The notes: generated by a model not told the origin, from the letters alone. 64,000 nt of DNA from an uncultured Gammaproteobacteria bacterium (GCA_964569045.1 CAZMSR010000003.1:23492-87491); one strand, 5' to 3'; positions 29,942 to 39,555 are shown, counted from the stretch's first letter. Translations and numbers: made by a program.

Positions 29942-31036
29942 ATGAATAATTTACCAAAAAATATAAATTGGCCTTTGGTGGTGTTTGCGGTATTTTTTTT
30001 AGGACCGCTTTTTGGAAAGTTGCTTATACCTTTATTGATTGCGGGAGGAGTAGTGTGGGGTTTTAAAAGATTTTCACAGACTAATTGGAAAGCAAAAATG
30101 CCTGACAATATAATAAATATCGAAAATATAAATAATTCAACTAATAACAAAAAAGATAATATGAATACACAAAACATGAGCGGAGGAAATCCAATTGATC
30201 CAATGCTTGAAAATATAAAAAAGAAGTTTAGTTTTTTTGTAATTTTTGTAATAATTTTACTGGTATTAATTTCATCAATTAGAGTGGTTGATGCCGGTGT
30301 TACAGGGGTATATTCACTTTTTGGAAAAGTGAGCGAAAAAGAGTTAGCAAGTGGCTTTCATTTAGTTAACCCGCTTGGACGCGTTACCCCTATGTCTGTT
30401 CGAACAGAAGAATACACAATGAGTATTTTGCAAGGTGAAGGTAAGAAAGCAGGAGCAGACGCAATTTCAGCATTAACTAAAGAAGGTTTGAATGTTGATT
30501 TGGATATTACGGTGTTGTACCATTTAAGTGAGGTTGATGCGGCGCAAGTATATAAGACAATTGGCTTGAATTACGAAGAAAAGTTAATTAGACCAGAAAT
30601 ACGTTCTGCAATAAGAGAAGTTATAGCTCGCTATGAAGCAAAAGATATTTACTCTGAAAAACGCGAGGAAGCAGCTAGTAATATTTTAGAGAATTTAGCA
30701 GCAAAATTAGTTAAACGTGGTATAATTATTGAAGATGTATTGCTTAGAAATGTTCAGCTTCCGTCTGGTTTGGCAGAATCCATTCAGCAAAAGCTTCAAG
30801 CTGAGCAAGAAGCTCAAAGATATGACTTTTTGTTAGCAAAAGAAGAAAAAGAAAAAGAGCGTAAAATAATAGAAGCCGAAGGTCAGAAAGAATCTCAGAA
30901 TATTATTAATAAAAGTTTAACAACTAATTATCTTTATTACTTGTATATTAATCAGTTAAAAGATCGTGAAGGAACAATTTATGTACCAACTAGTGCTGAA
31001 ACCGGCATGCCGTTATTTAAGGATGTTAGTAGGTAG
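29942..31036 (+). CDS. SPFH/band-7 (prohibitin/HflKC-like) membrane protein
   Basis: N-terminal TM helix, SPFH domain and a C-terminal coiled-coil (QQKLQAEQEAQR). Confidence 0.8.
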   Translation: MNNLPKNINWPLVVFAVFFLGPLFGKLLIPLLIAGGVVWGFKRFSQTNWKAKMPDNIINIENINNSTNNKKDNMNTQNMSGGNPIDPMLENIKKKFSFFVIFVIILLVLISSIRVVDAGVTGVYSLFGKVSEKELASGFHLVNPLGRVTPMSVRTEEYTMSILQGEGKKAGADAISALTKEGLNVDLDITVLYHLSEVDAAQVYKTIGLNYEEKLIRPEIRSAIREVIARYEAKDIYSEKREEAASNILENLAAKLVKRGIIIEDVLLRNVQLPSGLAESIQQKLQAEQEAQRYDFLLAKEEKEKERKIIEAEGQKESQNIINKSLTTNYLYYLYINQLKDREGTIYVPTSAETGMPLFKDVSR

Positions 31037-31065
31037 TGGAGATAAATATTTTTTTGTAGAATAAG

Positions 31066-31632
31066 ATGCGAAATATTATTTTTGTAACAACAAATCTTAA
31101 AAAAGTAGAAGAAGTAAATGCGCTTTTAAGTCAATATGAGGTAAAAGTAGAGCAACTTGCAATTGATTATCCGGAGGGTAAAGAAGACTCTATTGAAGAG
31201 GTGTGTTATAAAGCTGCTTTTGAGCTTTCGCATAAGTATAACAGAGAATTAATTGTGGAAGATACCGGATTATTTTTTAAAGCTTATAATAATTTTCCAG
31301 GAGCAATGCCTAAGTTTGTGTATAATTCTATTGGTTTTGAAGGTATATTTAGATTACTTAAAGGTAAAGATAGAGGTGCTTATTTTAAATCGGTTTTTGG
31401 GTACTGTAAGCCGGGTTTTGAGCCAAGATTGTTTAGTGCTGTGGTAGATGGTAGAATTACAGGAATGGTTGAGGATAGTGAATTATATGGTGAATTTATG
31501 CCATATGATAAGATATTTATTCCAGATGGAATGGATAGAGTTGTTGCTAAGATGTCACTAGATGAGAAGAATAGTGTTTCTCAGCGTGGGAAATTGTCTC
31601 ATGAATTAGGTAAGTTTTTAATTAATAATTAA
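31066..31632 (+). CDS. rdgB: non-canonical purine NTP pyrophosphatase (Ham1/RdgB)
   Basis: N-terminal FVTTNLKKVEE and internal FxxDTGL motifs. Confidence 0.85.
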   Translation: MRNIIFVTTNLKKVEEVNALLSQYEVKVEQLAIDYPEGKEDSIEEVCYKAAFELSHKYNRELIVEDTGLFFKAYNNFPGAMPKFVYNSIGFEGIFRLLKGKDRGAYFKSVFGYCKPGFEPRLFSAVVDGRITGMVEDSELYGEFMPYDKIFIPDGMDRVVAKMSLDEKNSVSQRGKLSHELGKFLINN

Positions 31633-31682
31633 ATGAGGACTAGCTAATTAATATTGTATTGTTAGTGAATGGTACGTTTTAT

Positions 31683-32090
31683 ATGATTGAGTGTATTTTT
31701 TGTAAAATAATAAAAGGTGAGATACCTTGTGATAAAATTTATGAGGATAGTAAATTTTTAGCTTTTTTAGATATTAGACCATTAGCAGTTGGGCATACTT
31801 TAGTAATACCAAAAAGTCATGAAAGATGGGTATGGGATATTTCTGATATTGGTGGGTATTTTGAGGTGGTTGCTCAAATGGCAAATGCTCAAAAAAAAGT
31901 TTTGAAGCTAGACATGATTAAATCAATAATTGTTGGGGATGAAGTGCCTCATGCGCATGTGCATTTAGTACCTTATAAGCCTAATGGTGAAGTTAGAAGT
32001 GTTAATTTTAGCAAGTTTATTAATGTTAGTAAAGAAATTAATCTAGAGTTTATTAAAAAAATTATAAGTGAATTAAATAGATTGGATTAA
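31683..32090 (+). CDS. HIT family hydrolase
   Basis: CIFCKII...HxHxHLVP histidine triad. The ORF is open from a TTG at 31659. Confidence 0.85.
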   Translation: MIECIFCKIIKGEIPCDKIYEDSKFLAFLDIRPLAVGHTLVIPKSHERWVWDISDIGGYFEVVAQMANAQKKVLKLDMIKSIIVGDEVPHAHVHLVPYKPNGEVRSVNFSKFINVSKEINLEFIKKIISELNRLD

Positions 32091-32117
32091 ATTTGTTTTA
32101 GTGAAAAATATTTTATA

Positions 32118-32651
32118 ATGACTTGGAAAACATTAAATTCAAAAATAGTTCATAAAAATCCTTGGTGGCAAGTTAAGCATAATAAAGTTATAAATCTAAG
32201 TGGTAAGCCGGATGACTATTTTATTGTAGATAAAGGAATAGGAGTATTAGTTGTGGCTGAATATAGTGATAAGGAAATTGTTTTAGTTGGTCAAACACGC
32301 TATCCAATTGGGAATATTTATTCTTGGGAAGTAATTGGTGGCGGAGCAAAGAGTGATCAAACTCCGTTAGCGGCTGCCAAAGCAGAGCTTACTGAAGAAG
32401 CTGGATTTAAAGCAAAGAAATGGATTAAAATTGGATATTCTTATTCAAATAATAGCATTAGTTCTGAAAAAATTTATATGTTTTTAGCTAGAGATTTAAA
32501 AAAAGTACAAGTTGATCCAGAGGACTCTGAAGATATAACGGTTAGAATAGAAAGTGTGGAAAATGTTAAAGAAATGATAAAAAAAAATGTGATAACGGAT
32601 GGTAGAACAATAACAGTGATGTATAAATATCTAGAATATATTAATAGGTAA
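32118..32651 (+). CDS. NUDIX hydrolase
   Basis: Nudix box GGGAKSDQTPLAAAKAELTEEAGF. Confidence 0.85.
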   Translation: MTWKTLNSKIVHKNPWWQVKHNKVINLSGKPDDYFIVDKGIGVLVVAEYSDKEIVLVGQTRYPIGNIYSWEVIGGGAKSDQTPLAAAKAELTEEAGFKAKKWIKIGYSYSNNSISSEKIYMFLARDLKKVQVDPEDSEDITVRIESVENVKEMIKKNVITDGRTITVMYKYLEYINR

Positions 32652-32703
32652 AAGATAATTAAAATGTAATTCCCCACTAACTTTTTATGCATTTTCACTG
32701 AGT

Positions 32704-32737
32704 GCAATTTTTGAACAATTTTACACTCAAAAATTGC
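32704..32737. promoter_or_regulatory. perfect 11-bp inverted repeat GCAATTTTTGA-N12-TCAAAAATTGC upstream of the rml operon
   Basis: Read directly from the sequence. Candidate operator or RNA hairpin. Confidence 0.4.
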
Positions 32738-32778
32738 TACAAAGTTACATATTCGTTCAAAAAATATAAAGGGTTAGT

Positions 32779-32786
32779 AGGGGGGG
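32779..32786. repeat. G8 homopolymer tract in the rml operon promoter region
   Basis: GGGGGGGG in a roughly 30% GC genome, about 155 bp upstream of the rmlC-rmlB start. Confidence 0.9.
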
Positions 32787-32818
32787 GCGCATTAAAATTT
32801 TGTGCACGCTTTTAGAGG

Positions 32819-32834
32819 ATTGTCAATATTGACG
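32819..32834. promoter_or_regulatory. 16-bp near-perfect palindrome TTGTCAATATTGACGA
   Basis: Operator-like dyad about 105 bp upstream of the rmlCB start. Confidence 0.35.
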
Positions 32835-32940
32835 ATCTTTTTTTGTTTGATAAGATAAATTATTAAATATTTTGAAAAATTTAATATAGTGTATTTTTGT
32901 AAGAAACAAAACGTTTTTGTATAAAATCTTTAAAGTGAAT

Positions 32941-34632
32941 ATGAAAGTAATTAAAACAAAATTAGAAGGTTTGCTTATTTTGGAGCCACAAGTATTTGGT
33001 GATGAACGTGGATTTTTTTTAGAATCTCATAATGAGATTAAATATTTAGATATTGGGATAAAGGATAAATTTGTTCAAGATAATCTTTCAAAGTCTACAA
33101 AAGGAGTTTTAAGAGGATTGCATTTTCAAGAACCTCCATACGCCCAAGGTAAACTTGTTCAAGTAATAAGTGGTAGTGTGTTAGATGTTGCTGTTGATAT
33201 TCGCTATAATTCTCCAACTTATGGTGAGTATCTATTAGTTGAATTAAACGAAGGAAATAAAAAACAACTTTGGATTCCTCCTGGATTTGCGCATGGTTTT
33301 TTAACACTTAGTGAAGAGGCTATTTTTCATTATAAATGTACGGCGCCGTACAATAAAGAGTCAGAAGGTGGAATAATGTGGAATGATCCGGATTTAGGGA
33401 TTAAATGGGGAATTAGTGACCCTAGTTTATCAGATAAAGATAAGCTTTACCCTGAATTTAAGAAAGTAAAAAAAGTATTTACTTACAATAGTGATAAAAA
33501 GTTTACGCGACCTTTGAAAAAAGTTTTAGTAACCGGAGGAGCAGGGTTTATTGGCTCAAATTTTATTAAATATTGGTTAAATAAATATAGTGATGATAAA
33601 ATTGTTAATTTAGATGATTTAACTTATGCGGGGAATTTAGAGAATTTGCGTGATGTTGAAAATAATCCTAATTATAGATTTGTGAAGGGGAGTATAGTTG
33701 ATGAAAAGTTAGTGAATACTATAGTATCGCAAGTTGATCTTGTGGTACATTTTGCTGCTGAATCTCATGTTGATAGATCAATATATAGTAGCTCTGAATT
33801 TATTAAAACAAATATTGGTGGAACAAGGGTGATTCTTGATGCTGTAAAGAAAAATAAAGGAGTGCATTTTCATCATGTTTCAACAGATGAGGTTTTTGGA
33901 CATTTAGGACCTTATGATGAGGCTTTTAATGAAAATACTAATTATAGCCCTCGTTCACCATATAGCGCTTCTAAAGCAGCAGCAGATCATCTTGTTAGAT
34001 CATATTTTAATACTTTTAATCTTCCAATTACTATTTCTAATTGTTCGAATAATTATGGTCCTTATCAATTTCCTGAAAAATTACATTCATTGTTTATTAC
34101 TAATTTAATAGAAGGGAAAAAAGTGCCGCTTTATGGTGATGGTAAACAAACTAGAGATTGGCTTTATGTTGAAGATCATTGTAATGCGATTGATGTAATA
34201 ATTCATAAAGGAAAATTAGGTGAGACGTATTTAATTGGTGGTGAGTGTGAAAAAACAAATATTGAAATTGCTCAATCTATTATTTTATTAATATTTAATG
34301 AGTATTTAGTGATGTTTGATGAATTATTGTTAAGGAATGAGATTACTGGCGGTAATGCGGGGAAAAATTTGCATGATCTTAAAAATATTGTAAAATTAAT
34401 TAGTAAAAGTAATGCTATGATTAGCTATGTTCCAGATAGATTGGGGCATGATCGACGATATGCTGTAAATATTGAAAAAATAAAGAATGAGTTAGGGTGG
34501 GTACCAAAGGTTAATTTTGAGCAAGGAATGAAAAAAACAGTTAAATGGTATCAAGAAAACCAGGATTGGTGGAGAAGAGTAAAAAGTGGAGAGTATAGTG
34601 ATTATTATAAAAAGCAATATAAAGAAAAATAA
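32941..34632 (+). CDS. bifunctional dTDP-4-dehydrorhamnose 3,5-epimerase (RmlC) / dTDP-glucose 4,6-dehydratase (RmlB) fusion
   Basis: N-terminal ~185 aa RmlC cupin (FGDERGFF...HGF) fused through a short linker to an RmlB SDR domain (VTGGAGFIGSNF...YSASK). The ORF is open from 32917; the start is placed at MKVIKTK. Confidence 0.85.
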   Translation: MKVIKTKLEGLLILEPQVFGDERGFFLESHNEIKYLDIGIKDKFVQDNLSKSTKGVLRGLHFQEPPYAQGKLVQVISGSVLDVAVDIRYNSPTYGEYLLVELNEGNKKQLWIPPGFAHGFLTLSEEAIFHYKCTAPYNKESEGGIMWNDPDLGIKWGISDPSLSDKDKLYPEFKKVKKVFTYNSDKKFTRPLKKVLVTGGAGFIGSNFIKYWLNKYSDDKIVNLDDLTYAGNLENLRDVENNPNYRFVKGSIVDEKLVNTIVSQVDLVVHFAAESHVDRSIYSSSEFIKTNIGGTRVILDAVKKNKGVHFHHVSTDEVFGHLGPYDEAFNENTNYSPRSPYSASKAAADHLVRSYFNTFNLPITISNCSNNYGPYQFPEKLHSLFITNLIEGKKVPLYGDGKQTRDWLYVEDHCNAIDVIIHKGKLGETYLIGGECEKTNIEIAQSIILLIFNEYLVMFDELLLRNEITGGNAGKNLHDLKNIVKLISKSNAMISYVPDRLGHDRRYAVNIEKIKNELGWVPKVNFEQGMKKTVKWYQENQDWWRRVKSGEYSDYYKKQYKEK

Positions 34633-34635
34633 AAA

Positions 34636-35511
34636 ATGTTTAATAAAAGATCTAAAGTATTAATTCTAGGGGCAAAGGGAAATTTAGGACAGCAATTAAT
34701 AAATGTTTTTAATAATGAAGTTAATGTAATCGGTTTAGATAAAGAGCAAATTGATATTACAAATGAAGAGCTAATAAAAAATAAAATTATTAATATAAGG
34801 CCTGATTTGATTGTGAATGCAGCTGCGTATAATGCAGTTGATAAATGTGAAGAAAATCCAGAAGAATATCAATTAGCTAAAAATATTAATGGTTTAGCTC
34901 CCGGGTATATAACAAAAGCAGCACTGGACGTTGGTGCTGCTTTAGTGCACTATTCAAGCGATTATGTTTTTGATGGCTTGAATAGTAAGGGTTATTTAGA
35001 AAAGGATGTTCCAAAACCGATTAATAAATATGGTGAATCTAAATTATTAGGAGAGAAAGAGATTTTAAAACAAGTTAATAGTGGTTTAAAGTGGTATATT
35101 ATAAGGACATCAAAACTGTTTGGACCAAAAGGTGAGTCAGATCAAGCTAAAGATAGTTTTTTTGATATTATGTTAAAATTAGGTAAAGAGAAAGACGAAT
35201 TAAGATTGGTTGATGAAGAAATGAGTTGTTTTACGTATACTCCGGATTTAGCTAAAGCAACCAAGGAGTTGGTGAATGGAAAATTAGGTTGTGGAATATA
35301 TCATTTGTCAAATTTAATTCCTTGTACCTGGTATGAGGCAACTGTGGAGCTATTTAAGCAGTCTAAGATTGATATAAAATTAGTCCCAATATTAAGTGAG
35401 CAATACCCCAGACCGGCAAAAAGACCAAATTCTTCTATTCTTTTGAATAATAAATTTCCTCAATTAAGGAGTTATAAAGAGGCTTTAAAAGATTATTTAA
35501 GAGAAATATAA
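34636..35511 (+). CDS. rmlD: dTDP-4-dehydrorhamnose reductase
   Basis: LILGAKGNLG Rossmann motif and RmlD-like length. Follows rmlCB. Confidence 0.85.
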   Translation: MFNKRSKVLILGAKGNLGQQLINVFNNEVNVIGLDKEQIDITNEELIKNKIINIRPDLIVNAAAYNAVDKCEENPEEYQLAKNINGLAPGYITKAALDVGAALVHYSSDYVFDGLNSKGYLEKDVPKPINKYGESKLLGEKEILKQVNSGLKWYIIRTSKLFGPKGESDQAKDSFFDIMLKLGKEKDELRLVDEEMSCFTYTPDLAKATKELVNGKLGCGIYHLSNLIPCTWYEATVELFKQSKIDIKLVPILSEQYPRPAKRPNSSILLNNKFPQLRSYKEALKDYLREI

Positions 35512-35666
35512 ATTTTTATTATATGTTTCGCCACAAGATAGTCTTCGGTAGCTTTAATTAGCTTAGGGGGTTTTTTTGTTATTTTTTTTGTGTTACTCTT
35601 TACATGAAAAATTAAATATATTAAACTAGTATTTTATATTGATCATTTTAAAAAGTGGAGGAAGTC

Positions 35667-36317
35667 ATGAAAAAACGTATACTAGTGACAGACGTTGATG
35701 GGACTTTGTTTGATTCTATGTCTCTTTACTTAGAGGCATTTAAATATACTCTAAGGCATATGGGTTTTAATATGGAGTATGTAAAGAGATTTTATTATGG
35801 TTCAGCAGGTACAACATTGATTAATCAGTATAGTATTTTGCTTAAAGAGTGTGATATGCAATATTCGGATATTATGGTACGTTGTTTGGTAAATGATTTT
35901 TATGAATTTTTGAGTGAGCATAAATCAGAGGTGAATATTTTTTTTGGTGTACAGGAAATTATAATGACTCTAGGTGAGCAAAATTTACCTATTTTTGTGA
36001 CTAGTGGTGCGACTACCGCAAAGATTGAGAAGTGGTTTAAGAAGTATGGTTTACCATATACAATGTTGCTCGGGTCAGATGATATTGTGAAAAGTAAAGT
36101 TCATATTAAAATGTTTGCTGATTGTTTAGAGATGCCATTTGATGATTTTTGCCAACAAGCTATTTTTGTTGGAGATGGACCAAATGATATGAGAATTGCA
36201 AAAGAATGTGGAATTTTAGCAGTTGGGATTCCAAATACTGTGTCAGCTGATGATTTGCTAATAGCCGGGGCAAACAAAATAATTCAAAATTTTAATGAAG
36301 TGCAAAATTTTTTTTAG
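35667..36317 (+). CDS. HAD-superfamily hydrolase (phosphatase/beta-PGM-like)
   Basis: DVDGTLFDS motif I; GGAGG precedes the ATG at 35667. Confidence 0.8.
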   Translation: MKKRILVTDVDGTLFDSMSLYLEAFKYTLRHMGFNMEYVKRFYYGSAGTTLINQYSILLKECDMQYSDIMVRCLVNDFYEFLSEHKSEVNIFFGVQEIIMTLGEQNLPIFVTSGATTAKIEKWFKKYGLPYTMLLGSDDIVKSKVHIKMFADCLEMPFDDFCQQAIFVGDGPNDMRIAKECGILAVGIPNTVSADDLLIAGANKIIQNFNEVQNFF

Positions 36318-36333
36318 TATATAATATTATCTC

Positions 36334-38217
36334 TTGTCTATGGCAAGAGTTTTTTCTTTACAAAATGACCTTTATTGGCTAAATTTATTACACAATTATT
36401 TTTATAAAAAATATGGAAAAAAAAATGAAAGGAGTGATTTTGGCGGGGGGGGTGGAACAAGGCTTTATCCTAATACTAAAGTAACTAATAAGCATCTTTT
36501 ACCGGTTTATAATCAGCCAATGATTTATTACCCAATTAATACTTTAATGCGAGCCGGTATTGAAGATATTTTAATATTACCAGGCAAAGATCATGCTGGT
36601 GATTTTGCAAAATTGTTAGGGTCTGGTATAGATTTTAATGTAAATTTTAGTTTTAAAGTTCAGGATCATGCCGGAGGTTTAGCTTATGCAGTGGGATTAG
36701 CTAAGGAGTTTGTTGGAAATGATAATTTTGTAGTAATTTTAGGGGATAATATTTTAGGGGATAATATTTTAGGGGATGTGCAGGATTTTGCGGGTGGAGC
36801 TAAGATTTTTTTAAAAAAAGTGTCTGACCCTGAACGTTTTGGTGTGGCAGAGCTTGATGGTAATAAAGTACTCTCTATAGAGGAAAAGCCAATTAAGCCA
36901 AAAAGTTCTTGGGCGGCAATAGGGGTTTATATATATGATTCAAAAGCTTTTAGTTATATTAAAGATTTAAAGCCATCTGATAGAGGTGAACTAGAAATAA
37001 CTGATTTAAATAATGTTTATATGAAAAATGGTAAGTTAGAGGCTGGATTTATTAAAGGTTATTGGTTTGATACAGGGACTCATGAGAGCTTAGTTGAGGC
37101 AGCTCATTCTTTAAAGATTGTTGAGCGTCCAATTGAGCAATTGCGACTTGAACAAAAAAATGCACCAAAAGTAATTATTGGAAGTATACTTTATAATGAT
37201 AAAGATAATTTTTATAGAACTGATCATTATTTGCCTTATTATGTAAAAAGTATAAAATCTCAGAATTATAATAATGTTGAGCTTATTTTTATTGATAATT
37301 CAGGCTTGGAAGATAATCCTAATACAGTTTATTTGAAAAATAATTATCCGAAAATAAAAGTAATATATAATAAAGAAAACTCTGGTTTTGCTAAGGCGAA
37401 TAATAAGATGATAGATGAGGCGCGAAAAATGGGTGCGGATTATTTTATAGCTAGTAACGTTGATATGGTGTATGAAGTTAATGTAGTTTCTGAGTTAGTA
37501 AGTACTGCAATGAAAACTCCGCAAATAGCAAGTGCAACTTGTAAGATAAAGCGTTGGGATTATAATAAAGTTAAAGAAGGTGGAGATGGTAAGACAAATT
37601 ATATTGATACTGCAGGATTAGCTATTACTCGTGAACATAGGTTTATCAATAGGGGTGAAGCAGAAGTAGACTATGGTCAATTTGATCAAGAGGAGGAAGT
37701 ATTTGGAGCCTCAGGAGCTGCTGTTATTTATAGAATCTCAGCGCTTGAAGATGTTGCTTTTAAAAATGAGGATGGTCACAAGGAATATTATGATGAATTA
37801 ATGTTTATGTACAAGGAAGATGTTGATTTATCTTATAGGCTTCAGTTGGCTGGTTATAAATGTAATTATACTCCAAATGCTACTATATATCACGATAGAA
37901 CAGTGCATATTAAGCCAAGGGGTATTATTAATATTATTAGGTCGCGTATTGGTCGAAATAAAAAGTATAAAGAATGGTCTTGGCTTAATCATCATATAAT
38001 TTTACAAAAAATGCTTAGAGGTAATTCTCTGGATGTAAAATTGTCAACATTTTGGTATGAAATTAAAACTTTAATTTATATTTTAATTTTTGAACCTTAT
38101 TTGTTAAAACAAATTTGGGAATTATATAGGTTGCGTGATAAAATAAATAAGCGTAGAGAGCAAATTAAAAAAAGAGTAAAAATTAAAACACATATTGAGA
38201 GGATAATGATTGAGTGA
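36334..38217 (+). CDS. glucose-1-phosphate thymidylyltransferase (RmlA) fused to a GT2 glycosyltransferase; N-terminus out of frame at a G8 tract
   Basis: GGGGTRLYP...LLPVYNQPMIYYP RmlA motifs, then a GT2 domain (DNSGLED, GASGAAVIYR, EDVDLSYRLQLAGYK). The natural-looking ATG at 36435 (MKGVILAGG) is in a different frame and joins the main frame only if the tract at 36455-36462 is 9 G. The listed start is a TTG without an RBS. Confidence 0.7.
   Translation: MSMARVFSLQNDLYWLNLLHNYFYKKYGKKNERSDFGGGGGTRLYPNTKVTNKHLLPVYNQPMIYYPINTLMRAGIEDILILPGKDHAGDFAKLLGSGIDFNVNFSFKVQDHAGGLAYAVGLAKEFVGNDNFVVILGDNILGDNILGDVQDFAGGAKIFLKKVSDPERFGVAELDGNKVLSIEEKPIKPKSSWAAIGVYIYDSKAFSYIKDLKPSDRGELEITDLNNVYMKNGKLEAGFIKGYWFDTGTHESLVEAAHSLKIVERPIEQLRLEQKNAPKVIIGSILYNDKDNFYRTDHYLPYYVKSIKSQNYNNVELIFIDNSGLEDNPNTVYLKNNYPKIKVIYNKENSGFAKANNKMIDEARKMGADYFIASNVDMVYEVNVVSELVSTAMKTPQIASATCKIKRWDYNKVKEGGDGKTNYIDTAGLAITREHRFINRGEAEVDYGQFDQEEEVFGASGAAVIYRISALEDVAFKNEDGHKEYYDELMFMYKEDVDLSYRLQLAGYKCNYTPNATIYHDRTVHIKPRGIINIIRSRIGRNKKYKEWSWLNHHIILQKMLRGNSLDVKLSTFWYEIKTLIYILIFEPYLLKQIWELYRLRDKINKRREQIKKRVKIKTHIERIMIE
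36455..36462. repeat. G8 homopolymer tract at the 5' end of the rmlA-GT2 coding region
   Basis: Sits between the candidate ATG start and the conserved G-loop. Its length sets the reading frame. Confidence 0.9.
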
Positions 38218-38277
38218 ATGTAATTTTAAGTAAAAAAATAACCTCTATATTTTATATTTGAGGTTTATGTTTTTGTG

Positions 38278-38652
38278 TTATTTTGATTTTTTATGTATTT
38301 GTAGTGTTACTCCAATTTCTTTATTATATCCTATTAGGATAGCGTGGTTAGTTGAAATATTGACATAATTCATGTGTCTATCAATAATTCCTTCTACGTT
38401 TGGAATGCATCTGTCAATATTTGTATGAAGCATTTTTTCTTTCCCTTTTGCTATTATTAGCACAACTGCGTATGTGCTATTGATTTCTGGAGAGCTTTTC
38501 TTTATATTTTTAATATCAGAAAAAAGTATTAGAATTTGTGTATCATCTATGATGATTGTGTATACTGTTCCTTTTTCTAATATTGTTGCCTTTGAGATTT
38601 CATTTGAGTTAAGTATAAGCACTGGTCCCAATCCAATAGTTTTGCTTGCCAT
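38278..38652 (-). CDS. hypothetical protein
   Basis: 124-aa ORF, opposite in orientation to the glycan genes. No motifs recognised. Confidence 0.4.
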   Translation of the reverse strand: MASKTIGLGPVLILNSNEISKATILEKGTVYTIIIDDTQILILFSDIKNIKKSSPEINSTYAVVLIIAKGKEKMLHTNIDRCIPNVEGIIDRHMNYVNISTNHAILIGYNKEIGVTLQIHKKSK

Positions 38653-38712
38653 GTTTTTTCCCTTTTGAAAGGTTCGAATTGATAAATTTTACGTTAGCAT
38701 TATTAAAAAAAT

Positions 38713-39555
38713 ATGTCAATAGATTTAAGTATAGTAATAGTATCTTGGAATGTGAAAGATAAATTGCGTGAAAATTTAAATGCAATTTATGAGCATACTC
38801 AAAATATAAATTTTGAGGTTTTTGTTGTTGATAATAATTCGGCTGATGAGTCAGGTGATATGGTAAAAAAGGAATTTACGCAAGTGAAACTAATTGCAAA
38901 TGTAGAAAATTTAGGTTTTGCTAAAGCTAATAATCAAGCTATTAAAAAAAGTGTTGGTAAATACGTATTACTTTTGAATCCAGATATGCGTGCTCAGAAA
39001 GACACATTTAAAAAAATGGTTAATTGGATGGATGAGCGCAAAGAGGCCGGAGTAGCGGGGTGCCACCTTATAAGTCAAGATGGGAAAACCGTACCGCATG
39101 TTAGGAGATTTCCATCTTTATTTGATCAGCTTATGGTTGTATTAAAAGTGCCTCATGTGTTTCCTGGAGTAGTGAATAAATATTTGATGCGAGATTTTGA
39201 TTATGAGAAAGAGGCGAGCGTAGATTCAATAAGAGGTAGTTTTTTTATGATTAGACGTGAGGTTATTGATAAAATCGGAATGCTTGATGAGCGTTATTTT
39301 ATTTGGTTTGAAGAAGTGGATTATTGCCAACAAGTAATCAATGCTGGTTATAAAGTAAAATACACTCCGGTTGCTAAATGTGTTGATTATATTGGGCAAA
39401 GTTTTTCTTTAGTTGGTAGAGGCAAAAAACAAAGAATGTTTCGTGATAGTATGTTAAAATATTTTAAGAAGTGGCATAGTAGACTAGAGTATTTTGTATT
39501 AAAAATCGCTTGGATTTTTAGTTTTTTTTATAACATATTTATTTCAAGAAAATGA
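38713..39555 (+). CDS. glycosyltransferase family 2
   Basis: LSIVIVSWN...VFVVDNNSADES and ED-containing motifs. Confidence 0.85.
   Translation: MSIDLSIVIVSWNVKDKLRENLNAIYEHTQNINFEVFVVDNNSADESGDMVKKEFTQVKLIANVENLGFAKANNQAIKKSVGKYVLLLNPDMRAQKDTFKKMVNWMDERKEAGVAGCHLISQDGKTVPHVRRFPSLFDQLMVVLKVPHVFPGVVNKYLMRDFDYEKEASVDSIRGSFFMIRREVIDKIGMLDERYFIWFEEVDYCQQVINAGYKVKYTPVAKCVDYIGQSFSLVGRGKKQRMFRDSMLKYFKKWHSRLEYFVLKIAWIFSFFYNIFISRK

Noticed and set aside
36334-36434. TTG-initiated N-terminal extension (MSMARVFSLQ...) as the true start of rmlA-GT2
   Set aside because: No RBS. The extension replaces the conserved first beta-strand of the nucleotidyltransferase fold. An ATG in another frame reconstitutes a textbook RmlA N-terminus if the G tract is one longer.
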